Assembly (NCBI GenBank): GCA_019244185.1
Contig: JAFATB010000012.1
Coordinates: 118,996 to 182,995 of the forward strand
From: Acidobacteriota bacterium
Lineage (GTDB): Bacteria; Acidobacteriota; Thermoanaerobaculia; Gp7-AA8
DNA: 64,000 nucleotides
Direction of reading: 5' to 3'
Position 1 is the first letter of the stretch, and each line of letters starts with the position of its first letter. This document shows positions 1 to 13,562 of this stretch, in pieces. The translations under genes were made by a program, and so were the position numbers. A model generated the notes under the pieces. The model saw only the letters and a program-made list of their open reading frames with translations. It had not been told where the DNA came from and did no database searches.

Positions 1-569
1 AGCGCGGCCTCGCGCGCGGAGAGACTCGCGGCACTTTTATGGAAATAGTAGTGAGACGCGGCTTCGGCGCCGTAGACGCGCTCGCCCATCTCAACGACGT
101 TCAAATAGATCTCGAGGATCCTCTTTTTCGTCAGATGTTTTTCCAGCGCCTCGGCGAGGAAATACTCCCTGATCTTGCGCAGCGGATTGCGCGACGGCGA
201 GAGGTAGAGGTTCTTCGCGAGCTGCTGCGTGATCGTCGAGCCGCCGTGCGTGAGCTTGCGGTTCTTCCAGTTGCGCTCGAAGGCCTCGCGCATCGCGTCG
301 ACGTCGACGCCGCCGTGCTCGTAGAACGAGTCGTCTTCGGCGACGAGCACCGCGCGGCGCAGCGACGGCGAGATGCGGCCGTACGGCACCCACGTCCATT
401 CGATGCGATCGTCCTTGCCCGCGTCGCGCAGCTCGGCCTTGCGGCGTTCGATGAACGCGGTCGTCTTCGGCGGCTCCTTCGCCAGCGCGGCGACGTCGGG
501 AAACGTCAGCCATTCGTACGCGGCGTACGCGATGACGAGCAGCAGAAGCGTGACGAACAGGCGCTTCAA
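1..569 (-). CDS. mtgA: Monofunctional biosynthetic peptidoglycan transglycosylase (3' end outside window)
   Basis: Manual translation from TTG 569: MKRLFVTLLLLVIAYAAYEWLTFP...AVLVAEDDSFYEHGGVD...GGSTITQQLAKNLYL...RKIREY...ILEIYLN, the GT51 motifs. Not in the ORF track because it is truncated. Confidence 0.9.
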   Translation of the reverse strand, partial: MKRLFVTLLLLVIAYAAYEWLTFPDVAALAKEPPKTTAFIERRKAELRDAGKDDRIEWTWVPYGRISPSLRRAVLVAEDDSFYEHGGVDVDAMREAFERNWKNRKLTHGGSTITQQLAKNLYLSPSRNPLRKIREYFLAEALEKHLTKKRILEIYLNVVEMGERVYGAEAASHYYFHKSAASLSAREAA

Positions 570-589
570 TCGGCGCTAGACTAACACCC

Positions 590-1171
590 ATGAAACGCCT
601 GCCTGTCCTCGTTTGCGTGCTGCTCGCGGCGGCGTCCGCGTTCGCGTTCGACACGACGCGCGCCGTGAACGCCGGACCGCGCATCGGCATCCTCCGCCCG
701 CCGGTCGATCCCGATCCGCGCGTGCAGGCGGCGGTCGAACGCGCGCTCGCGTCCGAGCTGCGCGCGCGCGGCTACGACGCGATCGAGACGGGACAGTCGT
801 TCGACGACGTCTCGCGCGACGACCGCAACGATGTCGACTACTACGTCGAGCTCGTGGGCGACAGCAGCGCCGACGGCTTCGGCGGCATCGACGTCGGCAG
901 CCGCGCGGTCGACGTGTCGCTCGAGCTCGTGGTGTCGCGCGTGGCCGCGGAGCTGCGCGTGTACGACGCGCGCAATCTCGAGGTCGTGACCTCGCAGCGA
1001 CTGGCGAAGAAGAACACCGCGCTGATGCCGACGGGCGTCGGCGTCGGCGGACGTTCTCTCTTCGCCTACATCGCCCTCGGATTCGTGCAGCGCGCGCAAC
1101 TGCGCAACGTGACGACCGCCACCGCGCGCGAGGCCGCGACGCGCGTCGCCGCCGCGATCGGCGCGCCGTGA
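590..1171 (+). CDS. Secreted hypothetical protein
   Basis: 193 aa with N-terminal signal peptide (MKRLPVLVCVLLAAASAFA); genome-typical codon usage; GTGA overlap with cutA. Confidence 0.75.
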   Translation: MKRLPVLVCVLLAAASAFAFDTTRAVNAGPRIGILRPPVDPDPRVQAAVERALASELRARGYDAIETGQSFDDVSRDDRNDVDYYVELVGDSSADGFGGIDVGSRAVDVSLELVVSRVAAELRVYDARNLEVVTSQRLAKKNTALMPTGVGVGGRSLFAYIALGFVQRAQLRNVTTATAREAATRVAAAIGAP

Positions 1172-1494
1172 ACGACGAAGCGCACGCGCTGCTCGTTCTG
1201 ACGACGGTCGGCGCCGGTTTCGACTCCGCGGCGCTCGCACGCGCGCTCGTCGAGCAGCGTCTCGCCGCGTGCGTCAACATCATCGATCGCGTGCTGTCGG
1301 TCTATCGCTGGGAAGGACGCGTGGTCGACGACACCGAAGTGCTGCTCGTGATCAAGACCACCGACGCGCGCGTCGATGCGTTGCGCGAGGAGCTGTTTCA
1401 CCGCCATCCGTACGACGTGCCGGAGTTCGTCGTCGTCGAGCCGGCGTCACTCTCCGACGCGTACGGCGCGTGGCTGCGCGAGTCGGTTTCGTAG
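1168..1494 (+). CDS. cutA: Divalent-cation tolerance protein CutA
   Basis: GTG at 1168; LVEQRLAACVNI, SVYRWEG, E.LLVIKT and HPYDVPE motifs. Confidence 0.92.
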   Translation: MNDEAHALLVLTTVGAGFDSAALARALVEQRLAACVNIIDRVLSVYRWEGRVVDDTEVLLVIKTTDARVDALREELFHRHPYDVPEFVVVEPASLSDAYGAWLRESVS

Positions 1495-3810
1495 CGCGAG
1501 GAACGCGATCGCCGCGAGCAGCGTCGCGATCGACAGGTTCCTCCCGCGCGTGAACGCCTCGGGCCGAAAGAGCAGCCGTACGTCGTGCTGCCCGGCGGGC
1601 ACGAAGATGCCGAGGAAGGCATGGTTGGCGTACTGCATCTCGACGCGGTGGCCGTCGACGTACGCGCGCCAGCCGGGCCACGCGCTCTCGGAGACGACGA
1701 CCCAGCCGTCGCGCTCCATCGTCGCGTGGATGCGAAACGACGTGCCGTCGCGCTGCAACGTCAGCGTGCCGGGGCCGTTCGCGATCTCGTGCGGCGGATA
1801 GTTGCGCGCGGTGATCCATGCGACGTCCGCGAAGTCGCGATTCTCGAACATGCCGCGCAGCACGTCGGTGGCGCTGCGCTCGTAGCGCACGCGCCGCGGG
1901 ATGAACGCGCGCGGCAGCACGCGCGTGTTCTCGAAGAGGCGCGAGTCGCGGTCTTCGAACGCGATCCGCCAGCCGTCGGGCGGCGCGGTGTCGCGCCCGC
2001 CGAGGACGTAGCGGACGTTGAGAAACGAGAGGAACGGCTTCGAGAGGTCTTCGATCGTGTTGAACGAGATGGGCTGCGCGAAGCTCCACAGCGGAAAGGT
2101 CTCGGTGAGGCGGTGGAAGGTCATCGCCTCGTAGCCGCGCGCGTCTTCGAGTCCGTAGAGCGCGGCGGTGTCGGGGACCAGCGAGAAATAAAGTCCGGCG
2201 ATGCGGAAGGGCTGCGAGCGGTCTTGCGGGATGTGCCGCAGGATGGGGACGCGCGGATAAAACGCGTTCGCCGGCAGCGCCGGATACATGAGGCCGTCCG
2301 CGATCGTGCGCTGCAGCAGGACGAGCCCGAGGACGAGCGGAACGGCGATGCGCTTCGGCACGCGGAAGAAGAGGAGGAGCGCCGCGGCCGCGAGCGGAAT
2401 GAGCTCGACGTTGCGCAGAAAAACGATGAGCTCGCGCGGCACGCCGGCGCGGATCAGCGGCATGCGCACGACGTTTGCCGCGTACGCGAGCACGCCTCCG
2501 AGAAAGAGGACGACGAAGGCGGCGGCGAACGCGGGCGGCTTCGTCGACGGCCACGCATCCGCCGCGATCGCGGCGAGCATCGACAGCGCGAATGCCGCTG
2601 CAATCGCGAGCCGCTCGTTCACGGTGATGTCGAAGAGCGGCAGCGCGTGCAGGAGATCGGCGACCGGCCACGCGTTCAATGCCGCGAACGCGCAGACGAC
2701 GGCCAGTCCGAAGAAGAACGCGGTCTCGCGGCGCCGCGACGCGACGACCAGCGCGACGAGCGCGAAGGCGAGCACGATGCTGCCGGCGCGCACGTTCGTC
2801 GGATCCCACAGCGGCGTGAAGCTGTGGCGCTCCGGCTGTCCGCCGTAGAACGCGAACGCGGAGCTCGCGGCGCGTTTGCCGATCTGCTCCCACGTGGTCT
2901 CGAAGTGGCCGGTCGCGTAGAGATTGCGCCGCATGTCGTACTCGTTCGTCTGCGGCGCGGCGGCGAAGAACGGCAGGAGCGACACGGCGGTGAGGCCGAG
3001 CGCGACGGCGCCGCTCGCCGCCGCGAGCGCGACCGGCTGCCAGCGGCGCACCGCCGCGAGCTCGAAGAGGCCGTAGACCGCGCCGCACGCGACGATGTGC
3101 AGCACCGACTCCGGATGCCCGGCGAAGACGAGCAGCGTGAACGCGAGCGTGAGCAGGATCGCCGCGCGGAGGTTCGTCTCGCGCACGACGAGGCGCACGC
3201 CGAGCAGCACGAACGGCAGAAACGCCCACGCGTGTGCGAGCGGCCAGCCGATGAAGAACGCGAGCATCGCGGAGAACGCGTAGCCCGCGGCGGCGATCAG
3301 CGCGGGCACTTCGCCGAGCCCGATCGCGCGCGCGAAGGCGAAGGTGAAGAACGCCGCGAGGAAGAACGTCATCGCGGCGAAGAAGGTGAGCGCCTGCGCG
3401 TGCGGCAGCAGCATGCCGGCGAGCTGCACGAGATCGTACGGCGCGGCCTGCATGTTCGCGGCGAGGATGCTGCCGCAGAGCAGATACGGGTTCCACAGCG
3501 GCCACTCGCCGCGCGCGAACGACTGCCGCACGGCGCTCTGCCACGGGATGATCTGCGAGTAGAGATCGGAGAGCGTGCCGTTGTGCACCGGCTGGATGCC
3601 GTAGTCGGCCGCGTACTCCTTGAGCGGCTCGGACATGTACGGCAGATCGATCGGCGCGTAGACGCGCGCGGTGAGGAGCGCGCGTCCGGTGAAGCAGAGC
3701 GGGAGGAGCAGCAGCGCGAGCGCCGCCGCGCGGCTGATGCGCTGGACGAAGCGGTCCCACGCGAACAGCAGCGCGAGCGCGACGATCAGGTAGAGAACCG
3801 CGGCCGGCAA
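1447..3810 (-). CDS. YfhO-family polytopic membrane protein (putative GT-C glycosyltransferase), paralog 1
   Basis: Many TM segments; GEWPLWNPY..G, GHPES and C-terminal SE..WPGWRAYVDG...ANHAFLG..VPAG.H.V motifs. Start inferred as TTG 3810. Confidence 0.85.
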   Translation of the reverse strand: MPAAVLYLIVALALLFAWDRFVQRISRAAALALLLLPLCFTGRALLTARVYAPIDLPYMSEPLKEYAADYGIQPVHNGTLSDLYSQIIPWQSAVRQSFARGEWPLWNPYLLCGSILAANMQAAPYDLVQLAGMLLPHAQALTFFAAMTFFLAAFFTFAFARAIGLGEVPALIAAAGYAFSAMLAFFIGWPLAHAWAFLPFVLLGVRLVVRETNLRAAILLTLAFTLLVFAGHPESVLHIVACGAVYGLFELAAVRRWQPVALAAASGAVALGLTAVSLLPFFAAAPQTNEYDMRRNLYATGHFETTWEQIGKRAASSAFAFYGGQPERHSFTPLWDPTNVRAGSIVLAFALVALVVASRRRETAFFFGLAVVCAFAALNAWPVADLLHALPLFDITVNERLAIAAAFALSMLAAIAADAWPSTKPPAFAAAFVVLFLGGVLAYAANVVRMPLIRAGVPRELIVFLRNVELIPLAAAALLLFFRVPKRIAVPLVLGLVLLQRTIADGLMYPALPANAFYPRVPILRHIPQDRSQPFRIAGLYFSLVPDTAALYGLEDARGYEAMTFHRLTETFPLWSFAQPISFNTIEDLSKPFLSFLNVRYVLGGRDTAPPDGWRIAFEDRDSRLFENTRVLPRAFIPRRVRYERSATDVLRGMFENRDFADVAWITARNYPPHEIANGPGTLTLQRDGTSFRIHATMERDGWVVVSESAWPGWRAYVDGHRVEMQYANHAFLGIFVPAGQHDVRLLFRPEAFTRGRNLSIATLLAAIAFLALRNRLAQPRAVRVGE

Positions 3811-6011
3811 GCGGCGAACATGATAGCGGCGAGGATCGCGAGCGTGGCCAGCGAGATGGCGCGCCCGCGCGTGAACGATTCGGGGAGATAGACGAGCCGC
3901 ACGCGATGGCGTCCCGAGGGAACGTAGACGCCGAGGAACGCGTGATTGGCGAAATGCGTCTGCACGCGGCGGCCGTCGACGTACGCGCGCCAGCCGCGCC
4001 ATGCGGTTTCGGAGACGACGATCCACGCGGCGGACTGGAGATCCGCGTCGATGGAGAACGCGCTGCCGTCGCGATGCAGCGCGAGTGCGCCGCTGCCGTT
4101 CGCGATCTCGTGCGGCGGATAGTCCGCTTCGATCCACGCGAGGTCCGCGAAGTCGGCGTTCTGCTGCATCGCGGGCACGACGGCGGCGGGATCGCGCTCG
4201 TAGCGGATGCGGCGCGGCAGGAACGCGCGCGGTAGCGCGTGCGGGTTGTCGAAGACGCGGTCGCCGTCGACGATCGTGCGGACGTTGAGAAACGAGAGAA
4301 ACGGCCGCGTGGGATCGTCGATGCGGTTGAACCAGGCTTGTTGATACTGCGACCAGAGCGGGTAGGTGTCGTAGAGGCGGCGGTTCGTCATGGCCTCGTA
4401 GCCGCGCACGTCTTCGATTCCGTAAACGGCGGCGGTGTTCGGCAGAAGCGCGGTGCCGGTGCCGGCGACGCGCGCGTCGCGCGGGATGCGGTCGATGAGC
4501 GGCGTGCGTGGGTAGAACGCCGCGCGCGGCTGCGCCGGATAGATGCCGCCGTCTTCGCTCGCGCGCTGCAACAGCAGCAACGCGACTGCGACGAGCGCGA
4601 CGCGGCGCGTGCGAAGAACGAGCAGCAGCGCGACGACGACGAGCGGCGCGAGCTCGGCGACCGCGGACTCGTTCAGCAGCGCGCGGGCGACGTGCGCGGC
4701 GAGCTGCGCGTCGCGTGTCAGCGCGTGCGCGACGCCGAGCGCGACCGCCGTCAGCAGCAGCACGAGCGCGATCGTGCGCGGGCGTTCACGGAACGCATCG
4801 ACGGCGATCGCGGCGAGCATCGCCAGCGCGAAGACGGCGGCGTACGCGAGGCGTTCGTTGAGCGCCATCGAGAAGAGCGGCAGCTTGTGCAGGAGATGCG
4901 CGACCGGTCGCGTGCCGAACGTCGCGGAAAGACACGCCAGCGCGAGCAGCGCGAAGAACCACGTCTCCGCTTTGCGCGGCGCGACGGCGAGCGCCGCGAG
5001 CGCGAGCCCGAGGATGAGGCTGCCCGCGCGCGCGGACAGCGGGTCGAAGCCTTGCGCCTCGCCGCGCCACGGCACGCCGTTCCAGTGCGGGAGAAACGTA
5101 CGCGCGATGCGCACGTCGCGGATCGCCGGCTTGAGCATCACCTCGTACGGCGTCGCGGCGTAGAGGTCGTGGCGGATCGCGTGCTCGAGCGTCTGCGGCA
5201 ACGCCTCCGCGAGCGGCAGCAGATACACGGCCGTCAGCAGCAGCGCCGCGATTCCCGCGCCGATCGCGAGCAACAGCGCGCGCGGTTTGCGCACGCACGC
5301 GAGCTCGAACGCGCCGTAGACGGCGCCGACCGCGACGACGTGCAGCAGCGACTCCGGATGTCCGGCGACGATGACCAGCGCCAGGGCGAGCGTCAGCAGC
5401 AACGCGTCGCGCACGCGTGACTCACGGATGCCCGCGTTGCGTACGAGCGCGCGCGTGGCGAAGAGCACGAACGGGAAGAGCGCCCACGTCCGCCCGAGCG
5501 GCCACGCGACGAAGAACGCGAGCATGCCGCAGAACGCGTAGCCCGCGGCAGCGACGAGCGAGGCGGCTTCGCCGCGGCCGAGGCTGCGCGCGAACGCGAA
5601 CGTCGACAGCGCGGCGAGGAAGAACGTGAGCGTCGCGCCGAACGTCAGCGCGAGCGTCAGCGGCAGCACGAAGCCGAGCCACTGGAACGGGTCGTACACC
5701 GCGGGCTGCGCGGCGGCGGCGAGGATGTCGCCGCAGAGGATGGACGGATTCCACAGCGGCCACTCGCCGCGCCGCAAGGCCGCGCGCACGGCGCTCTGCC
5801 ACGGGATGATCTGGCCATGGAGATCGGAGAGCGCGTGGTTGTACGAGAGATCCAGCGGCGCGTAGACGCGGTCCGTCAGCAGCGCGCGGCCGGTGAAGAC
5901 GAGCGGCAACAGCAGGAGCACGATCGCGGCGCCGCGCGAGAGACGCTGCACGAACCGGCTCCAGAGCCAGAGCAGCGCGGACGCGGTAAGCCCATAAACG
6001 AGAAACGTCAT
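3786..6011 (-). CDS. YfhO-family membrane protein, paralog 2
   Basis: Same motifs ([37 protein letters not shown]). Confidence 0.87.
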   Translation of the reverse strand: MTFLVYGLTASALLWLWSRFVQRLSRGAAIVLLLLPLVFTGRALLTDRVYAPLDLSYNHALSDLHGQIIPWQSAVRAALRRGEWPLWNPSILCGDILAAAAQPAVYDPFQWLGFVLPLTLALTFGATLTFFLAALSTFAFARSLGRGEAASLVAAAGYAFCGMLAFFVAWPLGRTWALFPFVLFATRALVRNAGIRESRVRDALLLTLALALVIVAGHPESLLHVVAVGAVYGAFELACVRKPRALLLAIGAGIAALLLTAVYLLPLAEALPQTLEHAIRHDLYAATPYEVMLKPAIRDVRIARTFLPHWNGVPWRGEAQGFDPLSARAGSLILGLALAALAVAPRKAETWFFALLALACLSATFGTRPVAHLLHKLPLFSMALNERLAYAAVFALAMLAAIAVDAFRERPRTIALVLLLTAVALGVAHALTRDAQLAAHVARALLNESAVAELAPLVVVALLLVLRTRRVALVAVALLLLQRASEDGGIYPAQPRAAFYPRTPLIDRIPRDARVAGTGTALLPNTAAVYGIEDVRGYEAMTNRRLYDTYPLWSQYQQAWFNRIDDPTRPFLSFLNVRTIVDGDRVFDNPHALPRAFLPRRIRYERDPAAVVPAMQQNADFADLAWIEADYPPHEIANGSGALALHRDGSAFSIDADLQSAAWIVVSETAWRGWRAYVDGRRVQTHFANHAFLGVYVPSGRHRVRLVYLPESFTRGRAISLATLAILAAIMFAACRPRFST

Positions 6012-6044
6012 CGCGGGGTGCCGCGTACACTACACAACAAGTCG

Positions 6045-7166
6045 ATGGACCGCCGCAGCTTCCTCCGCTTGTGCGCTCTCGCCGGCCTCGCGCCGTCCGC
6101 CGTGTTGGCCGCCTCGCACGCGCAGCCGCGCATGCTGCAGATGAACGGCTATCCGATCAACGCGGAGACGCCGCTCGAGCTCCTCACCGACTACCTCACG
6201 CCGGCGGAGCTCTTCTTCGTCCGCAGCCACTGGCTGCCGCGCATGCCCGATCCAAAGACGTGGAAGCTCACGGTCGACGGCGACGTGGCGAAGCCGCTGA
6301 CGCTCACGCTCGCCGATCTGAAGAAGCTGCCGCGCGCGGAAGCGACGTGCGTCCTGCAGTGCTCCGGCAACGGACGCGCGCTGCACAATCCGACGCTGCC
6401 GGGCGTGCAGTGGCGCTACGGCGCGGTCGGGAACGCGCGCTGGAGCGGCGTGCGCGTGCGGACCATTCTCGAAGCCGCGAACGTGAAGCCGTCCGCGAAA
6501 CACTTGCATCTCTTCAGCAGCGACGATCCTCCCGGCAAAGTGCCGCCGTTCCGCCGCAGCATCGAGCTCGAGAAAGCGCTCGCCGACGCGATCGTCGCGT
6601 TCGAGATGAACGGCGCGCCGCTCCCGCCGCAGCACGGCGCGCCGCTGCGCCTCGTCGTGCCCGGCTGGGCCGGCGATCACTGGATGAAGTGGCTCGTGCG
6701 GATCAGCGCGCAGCCGCAGCCGCAGACCGGCTTCTACATGGACACGGCGTATCGCTGGCCAAACAACGTCGGCGCGCCGGGCGTGGCGTTCAAGCCGGAG
6801 GAGATGCATCCGGTGACGGAGCTGTTCGTGAAGTCGAACATCACGACCGCGCCGGCATCCGCGCACGTGGGAACTCCCGTCGACATCCGCGGCTTCGCGT
6901 TCTCCGGCGTTCCCGACATCGCGAAGGTCGAGCTGAGCGATGACGACGGCGCGACGTGGCGCGCGGCGACGCTCGATCCGCGTCACGATCCGTACGCTTG
7001 GCGCTTGTGGTCGTATCGTTGGACGCCGAAGCGCACCGGTTCCGCGATGCTCTTCGTGCGCGCGACCGACATCAAAGGCAACAGCCAGCCGCGCGAGGCG
7101 ATCTGGAATCAGAGCGGCTACCTCTACAACGCCTGGCATTCCGCGACCATCGAGGTGAAGGCATGA
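6045..7166 (+). CDS. Tat-exported sulfite oxidase-family molybdoenzyme (SorA/SoxC-like)
   Basis: DRRSFL twin-arginine signal; FFVRSH, LQCSGNGR (Mo-ligating Cys), HGAPLRLVVPGW.G...KW and C-terminal dimerisation domain. Confidence 0.9.
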   Translation: MDRRSFLRLCALAGLAPSAVLAASHAQPRMLQMNGYPINAETPLELLTDYLTPAELFFVRSHWLPRMPDPKTWKLTVDGDVAKPLTLTLADLKKLPRAEATCVLQCSGNGRALHNPTLPGVQWRYGAVGNARWSGVRVRTILEAANVKPSAKHLHLFSSDDPPGKVPPFRRSIELEKALADAIVAFEMNGAPLPPQHGAPLRLVVPGWAGDHWMKWLVRISAQPQPQTGFYMDTAYRWPNNVGAPGVAFKPEEMHPVTELFVKSNITTAPASAHVGTPVDIRGFAFSGVPDIAKVELSDDDGATWRAATLDPRHDPYAWRLWSYRWTPKRTGSAMLFVRATDIKGNSQPREAIWNQSGYLYNAWHSATIEVKA

Positions 7167-7462
7167 CGTTCCTCGCGTTCCTCCTCGCCGCCCTCCCCAC
7201 CCTCGGCACGCAGTTCAAGCAGCTCCCCGCCGGCAAAGGCAAGGCGCAGGTCGAGGCCGCGTGCTACGCCTGCCATTCGGCGGACCTCCTCGCGCAGCAG
7301 CGGCTCACGGCGAAGCAGTGGACGGCCACCGTCGAGAAGATGATGAAGTGGGGCGCTGCCGTGCAGCCTGCCGACAAGCAAGTCGTCATCGACTACCTCG
7401 CGAAGCACTTCGGTCCGGCGAACAAGTTCACACCGACGGCGACGAAGCCCGTCGGAAAGTGA
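7163..7462 (+). CDS. Small monoheme cytochrome c (SorB-like partner)
   Basis: ATGA coupling to the oxidase; CYACH heme motif; W..TVEKM..WGA...IDYLAKHFG. Confidence 0.85.
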   Translation: MTFLAFLLAALPTLGTQFKQLPAGKGKAQVEAACYACHSADLLAQQRLTAKQWTATVEKMMKWGAAVQPADKQVVIDYLAKHFGPANKFTPTATKPVGK

Positions 7463-9803
7463 ACAGTGTCAACAAGAGGGCGAGCATCGCGATGGTGATG
7501 CCGCTGATCCACGCGCCGATGACGAACGCGCGCGGCCAGTAGGCGAGCCGCACGCTGTGCGTGCCGGCGGGAACGTAGACGCCGAGGAAAGTGTGGTTCG
7601 CGTAGCGGAGCTGCGCGCGGCGGCCGTCGATCGTGGCGCGCCAGCCGCTCCACGCCGTCTCGGAGACGACGATCCAGCCGGCGCGCTGCATCACGGCTTG
7701 GATCCGCAGCTCGCCCGCGTGCGGCACGCGCGTCGTGACGCGTCCCGGGCCGTTGGGACGTTCTTCGGGGACGCCGCCGATGCGCTCGATCCAGCTGAGC
7801 GCGCCGAAGTCGCGCGCGTGTTTCATCTGCGCCAGCGCGGCGCCCGGCGTGTTCACGAGGCGCACGCGCTGCGGCACGAACGCGCGGCCGAGGACGCGCG
7901 TGTTCTCGAACAGCTGCGCGATCGGCGGGCCGGGGACGCGGCGCCAGCCGATCGGCGGCGTGACGTCGACGGACGCGACGGCGAAGCGCACGTTCATCGC
8001 GGAGAGGAACGGGTTCGTCAGGTCGTCGACGCGATTCCACCAGATGCCCTGCGGCGTCGACCAGAGCGGAATCGTCTCCTTCATGCGCCGCAGCGTCATC
8101 GCCTCGTAGCCGCGCACGTCCTCGAGGTCGTACATCGTGGCGAGGTTCGGCACGAGCGTCATCGAGAGGCCCGTGACGCGATACGGCTCGGCGCTTGGCG
8201 GGAAGAGCTTGAAGAAGCCGACGCGCGGGTAGAAGAGATCGGGATGCACGGACGGATAGGTGCCGCCGTCCTCGATCGTGCGTTGCGCGACGAGCGTGGC
8301 CAGCAGCAGCGCGCAGGCGAGCTGGCGCGAGCGCGCGGAGAAGCTGATCATCGCCACGAGCAGCGGCGCGCCGATGAAGACGATCGTCTGCTGCACGAGG
8401 AAGCGTTCCGACAGTCCCATCGCGCGCATGCGCGGCCACGCATTCGCGCAGAGTGCGCCGAGAATCGCGGCGGTGACGAGCGCGGTGACCGCAAGCGCGC
8501 GGCGGTCGAACGCCTCGACGCCGAGCGCGGCGAGAATCGCGGTGCCGAGAATCGCCGCGGCAATCAGCCGATCATTGAGCGCGATGTCGAACAGCGGCAG
8601 CTTCGCGAGCAGATCGGGGAACGGCGGGAACTGGACGCCGAACGCGAGTCCGCCCACGACCAGCGCGAGCGCGACCCACTTCACCCGCGCCCGCGAACGC
8701 CACGCGCCGAACGCCGCGAGTGCGACCGCGGCGCTGCCGCAGTAGCCGCTGCGCGGTTGCGGCGCGAACGGCATGTTCTGCTCCGGCCACTCCGAGCTGT
8801 GCGGCTGGCCGTGGATGAACGGGATCGCCTGCGCTTCGAGCTGCTTCACGGCGAGCGGCAGTGGCGCGGACTTGTGCAGCTTCGCGTAGTACGCCGCGCG
8901 CATCGAATGCTCGTAGGTCTGCGGCAGCGCGTCTACGATCGGTAGAAAGTAGACCGCGCAAATCAGCAGCGACACGACGCCCGCCGCGCCGCCGAGAAGC
9001 GCCGCGCGGACGAAGCCTTTGCCGCGCACGGCCCACAGCTCGCCCGCCGCCCAGAGCAAGCCGATGGCGACGATGTGCAGCGCGCTCTCCGGATGTCCGT
9101 TGAGCAGCATCATCAGGAACGCGACGGTGAGGATCGCCGCGCCCCTCAACGAGCGACTGCGCGCCGCGCTGTCGCGCACGATGCGCCGCACGCCGAGGAG
9201 CACGAGCGGCATCCAGTAGAGGGTCGAGGTGATGACCCACTCCAGCCAGAAAACGAGGAACGTTCCGAACGTCCACGTCGCCGCGCCGATGAGCGACGCG
9301 CGCTCGCTACAGCCGAGCTCGCGCAGAAAGAGGAACATCAGCAGCGCGCCGATGAAGAACGTCATCGCCGCGAGATACGTGAGGCTGTTCGCCATCGGCA
9401 GGAGCAGGCTGAGCAGAAACAGCGGCTCGTACGGCGTCGGCTGCGCGGCGGCGGCGAGGATGTCGCCGGAGTAGAGCGACGGATTCCAGAGCGCGAGCTC
9501 GCCGTGCGCGTACGCGCGCCGCACGGCGTACTTCCACGGAATGTTGAGGCAGTAGACGTCGGAGAGCAGTCCGTTGCGCGGACCGTTGCCGCCGAGGGCG
9601 TCGCGATACCACGACAGCGGCTCGGCATCTAAAGCGAGGTCGACCGGTGCGTAGACGCGTCCGGTCAGCAACGCTTTTCCCGTGAACGCGAGCGGCAACA
9701 GCACCAGCACGATCGCCGCCCAGCGGGAGACGCGCGTGACGTAACGATCGGCCAGCCCTAGGCATACGAGCGCGGTGGCGAAGTAGAGGAGCGCCGTCGT
9801 CAT
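7428..9803 (-). CDS. YfhO-family membrane protein, paralog 3
   Basis: [37 protein letters not shown] motifs; multi-TM. Confidence 0.87.
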   Translation of the reverse strand: MTTALLYFATALVCLGLADRYVTRVSRWAAIVLVLLPLAFTGKALLTGRVYAPVDLALDAEPLSWYRDALGGNGPRNGLLSDVYCLNIPWKYAVRRAYAHGELALWNPSLYSGDILAAAAQPTPYEPLFLLSLLLPMANSLTYLAAMTFFIGALLMFLFLRELGCSERASLIGAATWTFGTFLVFWLEWVITSTLYWMPLVLLGVRRIVRDSAARSRSLRGAAILTVAFLMMLLNGHPESALHIVAIGLLWAAGELWAVRGKGFVRAALLGGAAGVVSLLICAVYFLPIVDALPQTYEHSMRAAYYAKLHKSAPLPLAVKQLEAQAIPFIHGQPHSSEWPEQNMPFAPQPRSGYCGSAAVALAAFGAWRSRARVKWVALALVVGGLAFGVQFPPFPDLLAKLPLFDIALNDRLIAAAILGTAILAALGVEAFDRRALAVTALVTAAILGALCANAWPRMRAMGLSERFLVQQTIVFIGAPLLVAMISFSARSRQLACALLLATLVAQRTIEDGGTYPSVHPDLFYPRVGFFKLFPPSAEPYRVTGLSMTLVPNLATMYDLEDVRGYEAMTLRRMKETIPLWSTPQGIWWNRVDDLTNPFLSAMNVRFAVASVDVTPPIGWRRVPGPPIAQLFENTRVLGRAFVPQRVRLVNTPGAALAQMKHARDFGALSWIERIGGVPEERPNGPGRVTTRVPHAGELRIQAVMQRAGWIVVSETAWSGWRATIDGRRAQLRYANHTFLGVYVPAGTHSVRLAYWPRAFVIGAWISGITIAMLALLLTLFTFRRASSPSV

Positions 9804-9863
9804 TCCACAGCCCGTAGAGTGGGAACAGCCTCGTGCCCGGCGGAGTTAGATTGATTCCTCACC

Positions 9864-12701
<2,838 letters not shown>

Positions 12702-12750
12702 GGGCGATGCGAATGCGCGGCGCGCAGGCCGTGCAGTTTGACCGTGCCCT

Positions 12751-12830
12751 CGAGCAGCCGCGCAACATAAACCCACGCAGCCGCCGCACGTGCAGCTTGG
12801 CTCGGCCCTAAGCGCAGCGGGCCGCGCCCG
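12751..12830 (+). repeat. Dispersed intergenic repeat, copy 1 (longest)
   Basis: Core GCCGCACGTGCAGCTTGGCTCGGCCCTAAGCGCAGCGGGCCGCGCCCG (12783-12830) matches copies at 16961 and 45003(-); its 5' part matches 61473. Confidence 0.8.
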
Positions 12831-12879
12831 CCGGCCGTGCGGAAATACTGCACCTGTGCCCCTTCGTTCGCGCCTCCAC

Positions 12880-13515
12880 ATGCCCGCACGGCTTTTCCTT
12901 CTCTCGCCGGCGAACCTCGGCGGGTTGCGCGCGAAGCAGCTCATGTCGCCGCGGGCGCGGTTCGCGTTGGCGATGCAGTATCAGACACCGGAAGGCGTGC
13001 CGATCGGCGATGCGTTCGCGTTCATGAGCGCGCTCTACTTTCGCGGAAAGATCGCGTACGCGCGGCGCTTCGCGGTGCCGTCGCCGCTCATCGGCGGTGA
13101 CGGGATCTTCATCATTACTTCGGGGTATGGCCTCGTGCCGCCGGACTGGCGCATCACCGCCGAGCGCATGAAGCGGATGCGGAAGATCGACGTCGACCTC
13201 GCCACGCGCAACTACGTGAAGCCGCTGCGCGAGCACGCGCAATTGCTCGCGCGCGCGCTCGACACGGAAGGCGACGCGAACGCGGAAGTCGTGCTCCTCG
13301 GCAGCGTGGCGACGGGCAAGTACGTCGACGTGCTCTGGCCGATCCTCGGCAGCCGTCTGCGTTTCCCGATCGCGTTCGCGGGACTCGGCGACATGGCGCG
13401 CGGAGGGCTCATGTTGCGCGCCGCGCGCGCGGGCATCGAGCTGCAGTACACGACGCTCGACGCGAGCCGCAAACGTCCGCCCGGCGCGACCGGCAAGATG
13501 CCGCCGCTCGAGTAG
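12880..13515 (+). CDS. Conserved hypothetical protein, possibly YaaA/DUF328-like fold
   Basis: ATG 12880; LFLLSPAN resembles the YaaA N-terminus (ILLSPAK) and IITSGYGLVPP resembles ILSGLYGLLRP. Resemblance by eye only. Confidence 0.65.
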   Translation: MPARLFLLSPANLGGLRAKQLMSPRARFALAMQYQTPEGVPIGDAFAFMSALYFRGKIAYARRFAVPSPLIGGDGIFIITSGYGLVPPDWRITAERMKRMRKIDVDLATRNYVKPLREHAQLLARALDTEGDANAEVVLLGSVATGKYVDVLWPILGSRLRFPIAFAGLGDMARGGLMLRAARAGIELQYTTLDASRKRPPGATGKMPPLE

Positions 13516-13562
13516 CTCTACCGAGCGTGGACGTTTCCGCGCGCACGATACACTCCTGAATC

